A DNA stretch of 42,943 bases from a virus (taxonomy: Duplodnaviria; Caudoviricetes), in the IMG/VR virus record IMGVR_UViG_3300037524_001199, positions 1 to 42,943 of that record; one strand, written 5' to 3'. Positions 1 to 6,742 of the stretch are shown here, in pieces. The notes under the pieces are model-generated. The model made no database searches and was not told the DNA's origin. It saw only the letters and a program-made list of their open reading frames with translations. Both the position numbers and the translations under genes were made by a program. The stretch's first letter is position 1. The number at the start of each line of letters is the position of its first letter.

Positions 1-2
1 CT

Positions 3-938
3 GTCGATTGTAGCACTGCTACGAAAACTTGCCTTAATAGCAAAATTCTACATACAGAAACAACAAAAAAATGCGTCCGATGTGGAACAGAGTTTTTACC
101 TACAATCGGCCATCAAAGATACTGTTCGGAAAATTGCCGTAAAACATCGGTAAAGGAATTCAATACAGAGTTATCGCAAGATACAGAGTTAAAAAAAGTA
201 TGTTTCGCCTGTGGAATTGAAAAAACGCTAAATGAATATTACTCGCAATATACATCATTGTATGGCGTAGCGAATTACTGTAAAGATTGCCTTAAAAAAG
301 AATATCGCCAAAAAAAGTATGGCGACGAGCAAACCGCAAAATGCGAATATTGCGGAGCAGATTTTTTGAAGTCAAACGGGAAAAAATTTTGCTCACCTAA
401 ATGCAAAAGATCAGCAAGAACGGTCAAAAACGGCGGCGTTCCGCAACCCAACCGCAAGCCTCAACCCAACATGCCGGTCATTGATGGTAAAAAACAATGC
501 ACGATATGCGGAGAAATTCATTCTTTAACAGAATATTATTACAGTGAAAAAAGTAATAGGTATCATACATACTGCAATCATTGTCAAAGATTGAAGATGA
601 GGGTGATTAGAGGGATTACAAAAAAGAAACGAAAAGACGGAATCGCTTGGAGGCTAAGGAATGGGTTAAAAAACAATCCAGATAGCCATGATTCGTTAAT
701 GAATGTTGGTTATTCGATAGCGGAATTGCGCAACCATCTTGAACGTCAATTCACAAAAGGCATGAGTTGGGAAAGGTTTAACGCTGGAGAGATTCACATA
801 GACCATATTTTGCCGCAGGCGTCCTTTGATTTGTCTGACCAGGAAGAATGGAAATCCTGCTGGGCGTTGTCAAACTTACGTCCGCTATGGAAAAAAGATA
901 ACTGCGATAAACGAGCAAAAATCACGCACCTGTTATGA
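3..938 (+). CDS. HNH endonuclease with tandem N-terminal Cys4 zinc-finger modules; 5'-truncated by the window edge
   Basis: The frame is open from position 3 (…KKCVRCGTEF…YCSENC…VCFACG…YCKDC…), upstream of the listed 258 start. C-terminal HIDHILP…SNLRPLWKKDN HNH motif. AT-rich. Stop overlaps the TerS start (ATGA). Confidence 0.8.
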   Translation, partial: VDCSTATKTCLNSKILHTETTKKCVRCGTEFLPTIGHQRYCSENCRKTSVKEFNTELSQDTELKKVCFACGIEKTLNEYYSQYTSLYGVANYCKDCLKKEYRQKKYGDEQTAKCEYCGADFLKSNGKKFCSPKCKRSARTVKNGGVPQPNRKPQPNMPVIDGKKQCTICGEIHSLTEYYYSEKSNRYHTYCNHCQRLKMRVIRGITKKKRKDGIAWRLRNGLKNNPDSHDSLMNVGYSIAELRNHLERQFTKGMSWERFNAGEIHIDHILPQASFDLSDQEEWKSCWALSNLRPLWKKDNCDKRAKITHLL

Positions 939-1519
939 GTCTCATGAGTATTTCTGAATTATCTAAGTTGACCGGCCTCGCTAGGGAAACCGTAGCCAAG
1001 CGGTTGTCAGATATTCCCTATACGCCGGGCGACAAGGCGGCCAAGCTTTATGAGAGCCAAGCGGCATTGGCGGCATTGTATGAAGCGCCAGATCGAGGGA
1101 ATCAGATTGATTTGATGTATGAACGGGCGTTATTGGCAAAATCGCAACGTACAAAGATTGATATTGAAATTGATTTGTTGCGCGGAAAACTCCTCCCCGC
1201 CGAAGTTGTTGAATCCGTCTGGAGCGGCATGACCGCCGCCGCGCGCCAGCGCCTGCTCGGGTTGCCCTATCGTCTGGCGACCGCCGCCCTGGCCGCTGAA
1301 TCCTTTGCCGCGATTGAAACCGCCGCCTTTGAACTCATTACGGAAGCTCTCAATGAACTCCATCGCTTTGACCCCGCCGACTACCAGCCCCGGCTGGCTC
1401 CGTCTGGGGCGGGGCTGGCTGTGGAAACCGCCGCCCCGGCTGACGATCAGCCAGTGGGCCGACCAGGAGCGCCGGTTAAGCCGCGAGGCCAGCGCCGAAC
1501 CCGGGCAGTGGCGAACTGA
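935..1519 (+). CDS. Terminase small subunit (Nu1-like, N-terminal HTH)
   Basis: MSISELSKLTGLARETVAKRL HTH, then an ERALLAKSQR…LRGKLLP coiled coil; directly precedes TerL. Confidence 0.8.
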   Translation: MSLMSISELSKLTGLARETVAKRLSDIPYTPGDKAAKLYESQAALAALYEAPDRGNQIDLMYERALLAKSQRTKIDIEIDLLRGKLLPAEVVESVWSGMTAAARQRLLGLPYRLATAALAAESFAAIETAAFELITEALNELHRFDPADYQPRLAPSGAGLAVETAAPADDQPVGRPGAPVKPRGQRRTRAVAN

Positions 1520-3221
1520 CCGCGCCGCGTATCAGCGCGGCATCATGGACGCCTGCTGTGATCCGGCGATCCATACCATCGTCGTGATGAAAAGCGCCCA
1601 GGTGGGCTATACCGAGTGCCTGCTGAACGTGCTTGGCTACTACATCAGCCAAGACCCGTCGCCGATTCTGCTGGTCAATCCGACACTGGAGATGAGCGAG
1701 GTCTTCTCCAAGACCCGCCTCGCGCCGATGCTGCGGGATTCGCCCTGTCTGCAAGGCCTGGTGGCCGATCCGCGATCCAGGGACAGCGGCAATACCCTGC
1801 TCAGCAAGAATTTCCCCGGCGGCGTGCTGGCTTTAGCCGGCGCCAACAGCCCCGCAGGCCTTGCCAGCCGTCCAATCCGCATTGTGCTGTGTGATGAAGT
1901 GGATCGTTTCCCCGCCAGCGCCGGACCGGAAGGCGATCCGGTCAATCTCGCCATCAAGCGCTCGGCGACGTTCCAGAATCGCAAGATCATCATTGGCTCG
2001 ACGCCCACCATCAAGGGACTCTCCCGCATCGAGCAGGCGTATGAGGCCAGCGACCGGCGGCGGTATTACGTGCCCTGCCCGCATTGCCGCCATTACCATC
2101 CGCTGCAATGGGCGAACCTGCATTTCGACGCCCATCATCCCGAAAATGCCGCCATGGCCTGCCCGGAATGCGGCGGATTGATCGAAGAGAAGCACAAAAC
2201 CGGGTTATTAGCGCGCGGCGAATGGCGCTCCGAACAACCGGGCGTACAGGGCATGGCCGGATTCCACCTGAATGAACTGTACTCGCCATGGAGGCGCTGG
2301 GCCGACGTGGTACGGGACTTTCTGGCGGCGAAAGCGCACCCGGAAACGCTGAAAACCTGGATTAACACCTCGCTGGGCGAGACCTGGGAAGAGGAAAGTG
2401 AGAAATCCGACCCCACCTCTTTGCTAGCGCGTCGCGAAAACTACACCGAAGCGCGGTTGCCGGCGGGCATTCTCTACGTCACCGTGGGCGTCGATGTCCA
2501 GGGCGACCGACTGGAAGCGGAAGCGGTCGGTTGGCGACAAACGGCCCGCGATCAGCCGCCCGAGTCGTGGGGCATCGCTTATCAGGTGTTCCACGGCGAT
2601 CCCGGCACCACGACGCCGTGGATCGATCTGGATCATTGGCTGAAACAGGAATGGACGGCGCAGGATGGGCGGAAATTGCGCGTCAGCGCAGCCTGTGTGG
2701 ACACCGGCGGCCATCATGCCGCTCAGGTCTACGCCTTTTGTGCATCGCGGCAAGGGCGGCATATTTACGCCATCAAGGGCAGTCCGGGGTCACGGCCCAT
2801 CTGGACGCCCAAAGCCCGCAAGGCCACTAAATACAACGCGCAGGTCTGGCTGGTGGGCGTCGATACAGCGAAAGATGCCTGGTATGCCCGGTTGCGCACC
2901 CCGGAGCCAGGGCCGGGCTATTGCCATTTCCCCACCGCATACTCTGAACACTATTTCGAAATGTTGACGGCGGAGCAGGTGCGCACCAAGTTCATCAAGG
3001 GCCGTCCGCAGCGGGAATGGTTTTGCCCGTCCGGTCGGCGCAATGAAGCGCTGGATATTCGCGTCTATGCGCTGGCCGCGCTGCTGGCCCGCCCGATTGA
3101 CTGGGCCAGCCTGTCCCGCAGCTCCGGGCCGCCCGTTGAAGCGCCGCGTGCTGCGCCTCGGGAAGCGCCGGCCTCTTCTTTCATCAACCGACCCTCAGGG
3201 TCACCGTGGATTCGGAGATAA
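1353..3221 (+). CDS. Terminase large subunit, lambda gpA family
   Basis: PPPRLTISQWAD…PGQWRT; Walker A KSAQVGYTE; Walker B IVLCDEVD; GSTPT; CPHC/CPEC; VGVDVQ nuclease; RNEALD. Start placed at ATG 1353 (uncertain). Confidence 0.95.
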   Translation: MNSIALTPPTTSPGWLRLGRGWLWKPPPRLTISQWADQERRLSREASAEPGQWRTDRAAYQRGIMDACCDPAIHTIVVMKSAQVGYTECLLNVLGYYISQDPSPILLVNPTLEMSEVFSKTRLAPMLRDSPCLQGLVADPRSRDSGNTLLSKNFPGGVLALAGANSPAGLASRPIRIVLCDEVDRFPASAGPEGDPVNLAIKRSATFQNRKIIIGSTPTIKGLSRIEQAYEASDRRRYYVPCPHCRHYHPLQWANLHFDAHHPENAAMACPECGGLIEEKHKTGLLARGEWRSEQPGVQGMAGFHLNELYSPWRRWADVVRDFLAAKAHPETLKTWINTSLGETWEEESEKSDPTSLLARRENYTEARLPAGILYVTVGVDVQGDRLEAEAVGWRQTARDQPPESWGIAYQVFHGDPGTTTPWIDLDHWLKQEWTAQDGRKLRVSAACVDTGGHHAAQVYAFCASRQGRHIYAIKGSPGSRPIWTPKARKATKYNAQVWLVGVDTAKDAWYARLRTPEPGPGYCHFPTAYSEHYFEMLTAEQVRTKFIKGRPQREWFCPSGRRNEALDIRVYALAALLARPIDWASLSRSSGPPVEAPRAAPREAPASSFINRPSGSPWIRR

Positions 3222-3222
3222 C

Positions 3223-4533
3223 ATGCCCTGGACTCACCCGACTGGAAAATCACCCAAGATTGTCACCTTGGTTTGTCTTGGCCCATCACGCAACAGCTAT
3301 ATCGGCGCGCGTTTCGAGCCGGATTTATCGGACTGCCTGGCGGGCGTCGATGAAGTCTGGACGCTGAATCGGGGCCATAGCACGTTTGCTCATGACCTGT
3401 GTTTTGTCATGGATCACCTCGGCGGCGAGGCCGACAAGTTCCCACGTTACGGCGCGTCGCTCTGGCATCACGATAAACCGATCATCACCAGCGACAATTT
3501 CGACGGTTGGCCGGGGCATGTCCATCCGTTTCCCTTTAAAGAGGTCTGGAACTGGCTGATTGGCGCGGTCAACCCGATGCACGGCGACTGGTATCACAAC
3601 AGCCTGGCTTACATCCTGATCTATGCCGGATTTATCGGGGTGAAGGACTTGCGCATCTTCGGCGCCGACTATGCGCAGCACAGCAGCGGCCTGGTGGAAG
3701 ATGGTCACCCGTGTGTCGCCTACTGGGTGGGAAAGATGGAGGCGGCGGGCCTCAAGGTGATGACGACGCCGGATTCCGCGTTCCTCGGAGCCAACCAGCG
3801 CGCTTGGATTTATGGCTACCAGAGCGATCCGCGTTCCGCCCCGGCGAACCGCGCGCGCTTTCGGACGCTGGTGGGCTTGCCGGTCGATCCGGTGTCCGAG
3901 ACGCTGTTTTCCGGCGAACGGCAAGTCGGGCCGACCCTCGAACATATCCAGCCCGATCATCTGGCGCGGTATCAATGGGCCGCTAGTCGGCTATCCGGCG
4001 TGGTGCTGGACCTGGGTTCCGGCGTGGGCTACGGCACTGCCATCTTGGCGGACGCGCCGGCGGTCGTCGCCGTTCACGGCTTTGAACACAGCCGGGAATC
4101 GGTGGACTATGCCCGGCAACACTACGCACGATCCAATGCCGACTGGAAGGTCGTCGAGCTGGACTTTCCGTACTCTTTCCCGCCGAGCGATGCGGCGACG
4201 GCTTTTGAGATTATCGAACACCTGGCGCATCCCGACCAGCTGTTGCGCACTTTGCCGGCACAAAAGCTGCTCGCCAGTGTCCCCAATGAACTGGTGATGC
4301 CCTATTCGCCAGAGACTGCTCCTTTCCATCAGCGTCATTACACGCCGAATGAGTTTTCTCTGTTGTTGCTGCAATCCGGCTGGATCGTCGATCACTGGCA
4401 TGGACAGATCGACCGCACCAGCCCGGTCGTTCCTTTCCATCCGCAGTGCCGGACGATTATCGTGGAGGCGCATCGATGCCCCGCATTCGCTTCATCGAAT
4501 ATGAATCCCGAAGCTGGCGCATCACCGAGCTAG
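3223..4533 (+). CDS. Fusion: sialyltransferase/Maf-like (GT-A variant) N-domain plus class I SAM-dependent methyltransferase
   Basis: GGAG RBS at 3214. N-domain VCLGPS…VWTLN…NSLAYILIYAGFIGVKDLRIFGADY. C-domain HLARY…VLDLGSGVGYG…FEIIEHL…PFHQRHYT. Confidence 0.7.
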   Translation: MPWTHPTGKSPKIVTLVCLGPSRNSYIGARFEPDLSDCLAGVDEVWTLNRGHSTFAHDLCFVMDHLGGEADKFPRYGASLWHHDKPIITSDNFDGWPGHVHPFPFKEVWNWLIGAVNPMHGDWYHNSLAYILIYAGFIGVKDLRIFGADYAQHSSGLVEDGHPCVAYWVGKMEAAGLKVMTTPDSAFLGANQRAWIYGYQSDPRSAPANRARFRTLVGLPVDPVSETLFSGERQVGPTLEHIQPDHLARYQWAASRLSGVVLDLGSGVGYGTAILADAPAVVAVHGFEHSRESVDYARQHYARSNADWKVVELDFPYSFPPSDAATAFEIIEHLAHPDQLLRTLPAQKLLASVPNELVMPYSPETAPFHQRHYTPNEFSLLLLQSGWIVDHWHGQIDRTSPVVPFHPQCRTIIVEAHRCPAFASSNMNPEAGASPS

Positions 4534-4697
4534 CCCGGGCGCATCATCTCTCGGTCGGGACGCTCTACGGGCGATTGGAGCGTTTTGGCGAAACCGCCAG
4601 CGGCATTCAGCGCAGTCTGACCACCGGGCTGATGACCCGCCGCCAGGCGGGATTGGTGGGCGCTTCCCGCAGTCCCTGGGGACGCTCCGCTTCCTAA
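4476..4697 (+). CDS. Small HTH-like DNA-binding protein
   Basis: GGAGG RBS; IEYESRSWRITELARAHHLSVGTLYGRL resembles the stand-alone HTH tail of phage homing endonucleases. Confidence 0.55.
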   Translation: MPRIRFIEYESRSWRITELARAHHLSVGTLYGRLERFGETASGIQRSLTTGLMTRRQAGLVGASRSPWGRSAS

Positions 4698-4727
4698 AAA
4701 ATAATTTCAACTTTCTGCAAAAAAGAC

Positions 4728-4755
4728 TTGCATCCATCTTATAGCGCGCTATAAT
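4728..4755 (+). promoter_or_regulatory. Sigma70 promoter of the moron, with a perfect 16-bp palindromic operator
   Basis: TTGCAT(4728)-16bp-TATAAT(4750), AT-rich upstream; palindrome TTATAGCGCGCTATAA at 4739-4754 covers the -10. Confidence 0.75.
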
Positions 4756-4799
4756 AATCCCAACAGAAAGAGAAACCCAAACCAACCGGAGCAAACGAC

Positions 4800-4979
4800 A
4801 TGACCACCAAAACCTACAAAATATTTTTAGGCACTAACGGCCACCAGCAAAAAGCAGTCTGCACCGACAAGACTGACCCCCGCCATTTCGCCGGTGAGAA
4901 GTTAGTCTTTTCAGGCTACGAGATTGAGGCAAGTTCAGCGAAAGAAGCGGAGCTGAAATACTATGAAAGAGACGATTGA
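4800..4979 (+). CDS. Hypothetical 59-aa protein (not in ORF track)
   Basis: GGAG RBS; MTTKTYKIFLGTNGHQQKAVC…YYERDD; first gene after the promoter and overlaps the next ORF. Confidence 0.65.
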   Translation: MTTKTYKIFLGTNGHQQKAVCTDKTDPRHFAGEKLVFSGYEIEASSAKEAELKYYERDD

Positions 4980-5262
4980 TCAATTTTTGCCCCCTTGGGG
5001 CGCTCGCCTCGCCGCGAGTTGCCCCCCCCAAGACTACGAACTTTTTTTGAAAACGATTGAGGAGACCGCAATGAACGCCCCCCAAAACGAAATACTGAAT
5101 GAATTGAGCCGCTACCAATATCAGCCCGGCATTAACCCGTTCGGGTTCAAGCTGACCGCCACCACCCTCGAAGGGAAATACGAGGAAATCCAGCAACGGC
5201 TGGCCGAGCGCGAAGCCGAAGCCGCTGCCTTCCGCGCCCGCATGATGGCGCAATACCGCTAG
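4963..5262 (+). CDS. Hypothetical protein (moron)
   Basis: GGAG RBS; operon context; helical C-terminus. Confidence 0.55.
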   Translation: MKETIDQFLPPWGARLAASCPPQDYELFLKTIEETAMNAPQNEILNELSRYQYQPGINPFGFKLTATTLEGKYEEIQQRLAEREAEAAAFRARMMAQYR

Positions 5263-5270
5263 TCCACCTC

Positions 5271-5284
5271 CGCCAAGGACGGCG
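5271..5284 (+). promoter_or_regulatory. CsrA/RsmA-type hairpin (CGCC-AAGGAC-GGCG) upstream of the SD of ORF 5305
   Basis: Contains CANGGAYG in a stem-loop; GGA lies 18 nt before the GGAG SD; two more copies elsewhere. Confidence 0.6.
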
Positions 5285-5304
5285 CACTTAAACCGGAGAA
5301 CGCC

Positions 5305-5556
5305 ATGAACATACGCATTCGCCCAGTGAGCTATATCACCAAGTTTTTTGGGTCAGACAAAGGAGTTCGGACGGAATGGGTCGTCGAACAACAGCGCGAG
5401 CGGCTGGCGGAAGAAGATGATTATCAGTATGAGCGCGATGCATGGGTACGCATCACCAGCGGCTCTACTGAAATTGAGGCCAAGAAGGCATTGGTGGCCT
5501 GGCTGAACGCTGAAATTGAAGCTGCCGGCATTCCTGCTGATGAGTATGCCGACTAA
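5305..5556 (+). CDS. Hypothetical acidic protein (moron)
   Basis: GGAG RBS; stop/start coupled (TAATG) to the next gene. Confidence 0.7.
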   Translation: MNIRIRPVSYITKFFGSDKGVRTEWVVEQQRERLAEEDDYQYERDAWVRITSGSTEIEAKKALVAWLNAEIEAAGIPADEYAD

Positions 5557-5765
5557 TGACCAACGCCCAAACCCCCCACAGCCGCGCCCTGCGCGCGGCG
5601 ACCGCCACCGCCCGCAATCGCCGGCTGCTGGCGGATGGGTATCGGAGGCTCAACATCCTGCTGAGTCCCGAGGCCAGCGCGAGGCTGGATCGGATGGCGA
5701 AAGAGGCGGGATCGAAAACCAAGGTGATTGAGAAACTTTTGACAAAACCGGAGAAAATAGAATGA
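5556..5765 (+). CDS. Ribbon-helix-helix-like regulator
   Basis: GYRRLNILLSPEASARLDRMAKEAGSKTKVIEKLL beta-helix-helix pattern. Confidence 0.6.
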   Translation: MTNAQTPHSRALRAATATARNRRLLADGYRRLNILLSPEASARLDRMAKEAGSKTKVIEKLLTKPEKIE

Positions 5766-5948
5766 ATGATCGATTGGGCAACGAACCCGGCTATCGGCGA
5801 CTTGCTGCTGATGAGCAGGTTCATGAGAGGGATGAATTATTTGGCATCTGGAGTCAGAGATGGATACCGGCTTCATCCTGTCAAATCAACCTACTCGCCC
5901 ACAAGGCGGGGGGGATTTGCGATTTGGCGAAGGCCACTCACCCGCTAA
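5762..5948 (+). pseudogene. Small gene apparently frameshifted at a G7 tract (5908-5914)
   Basis: Removing one G joins MNDRLGNEPGYRRLAADEQV…HKAG to GFAIWRRPLTR*, ending just before the terminator; as written, the frame runs through the terminator and antisense to H-NS. Confidence 0.45.
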
Positions 5949-5950
5949 TC

Positions 5951-5975
5951 AAAAAGCCCGCTCAATGCGGGCTTT
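5951..5975. terminator. Bidirectional intrinsic terminator
   Basis: AAAAAGCCCGC-TCAAT-GCGGGCTTT between convergent genes. Confidence 0.85.
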
Positions 5976-5980
5976 GTGCT

Positions 5981-6268
5981 TTATGCCGGAATCCGGCAAT
6001 CGTCTTTCTTCAATCCCTCAATCCACTTCGGTGTCTTCCCGCGTCCCGTCCACGTCTGCGCCGGATTCGCCGGGTTGCGGAATTTCGCTACGCCGTTGAT
6101 GCGCGCCTTTTTCGCCGGGGCGGGCGACTCGCCGACAATGGCGAGGAGTTGCGCGCGCCTAGCGTCAATAGCGCGCAGCTCATCAGCGGCTCTAGCGGAA
6201 ATTTCGGCTTGAATGGCGTCTCTTTCGAGAAATAAATCCTGAATGGAAAGCATTTGATAATCGGTCAT
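5981..6268 (-). CDS. hns: H-NS family nucleoid-associated protein (95 aa)
   Basis: KFRNPANPAQTWTGRGKTPKWI is the H-NS DNA-binding signature; N-terminal coiled coil; AGGAG RBS before ATG 6268. Confidence 0.9.
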   Translation of the reverse strand: MTDYQMLSIQDLFLERDAIQAEISARAADELRAIDARRAQLLAIVGESPAPAKKARINGVAKFRNPANPAQTWTGRGKTPKWIEGLKKDDCRIPA

Positions 6269-6296
6269 TGAAAAACTCCTGAGTTGTGGAATGGCG

Positions 6297-6324
6297 ATTG
6301 TAATTCTTGTTCCGCAAAGCGCAA
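6297..6324 (-). promoter_or_regulatory. Sigma70 promoter for the H-NS gene
   Basis: TTGCGC-16bp-TACAAT on the minus strand. Confidence 0.5.
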
Positions 6325-6350
6325 TAAAAAGCCGCTCTTGGTAGAGCGGC
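6324..6350 (-). terminator. Intrinsic terminator (minus strand)
   Basis: GCCGCTCT-ACCA-AGAGCGGC followed by TTTTTAT. Confidence 0.7.
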
Positions 6351-6441
6351 CCTGTTGCCCATGCCTCGAATGGACAGGACAGGACAGGAAAGGCCAGGAA
6401 AGGATCGGTAGCCCAGGTTGAGAGACCTGGGCTTTTTGTTT
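6351..6441 (+). ncRNA. Candidate GGA-repeat small RNA (Csr/Rsm sponge-like)
   Basis: Seven 5-nt units TGGAC-AGGAC-AGGAC-AGGAA-AGGCC-AGGAA-AGGAT (6371-6405), then an orphan plus-strand terminator; 5' end unknown. Confidence 0.4.
6410..6441 (+). terminator. Intrinsic terminator (plus strand)
   Basis: AGCCCAGGT-TGAGAG-ACCTGGGCT followed by TTTTGTTT. Confidence 0.8.
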
Positions 6442-6490
6442 GTCGCAAAAGCAGTTGACAACGCTATCGTTTTTGATTCCGTTTGATCCT

Positions 6491-6742
6491 ATGAGCATTT
6501 ACGACGGAATCGCCCCATCTGTTTTATCCGCCCGCTTGACCGAGGCGCAGGATGCGTATCACGCCCTAAGTCTCGGAAAACAAACGGTTTCTTTGTCGAT
6601 TGGCGACAAAAGGCTGACCTTCACGCCCGCCGACACCCGCCGACTGGCTTCATATATTGCGCAACTGCAACGCGAAATCGCCATTGCCTCGGGCAATGCA
6701 ACGGCCAGCGGACTTACGGCGGTGGCGACGTGGACGCGCTGA
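6491..6742 (+). CDS. gpW-like head-to-tail joining protein
   Basis: RLTEAQDAYHALSLGKQTVSL…TFTPAD…LASYIAQL; immediately before the portal. Confidence 0.85.
   Translation: MSIYDGIAPSVLSARLTEAQDAYHALSLGKQTVSLSIGDKRLTFTPADTRRLASYIAQLQREIAIASGNATASGLTAVATWTR

Noticed and set aside
6361-6411. 16-codon ORF MPRMDRTGQERPGKDR across the GGA repeats (type I toxin idea)
   Set aside because: No RBS, and the peptide is hydrophilic, unlike type I toxins
6269-6448. N-terminal extension of H-NS in the ORF track
   Set aside because: Crosses two terminator hairpins and the promoter; the RBS supports ATG 6268
6455-6483. TTGACA as a late promoter upstream of gpW
   Set aside because: No credible -10 at 16-18 bp; could only work with an activator, so not called
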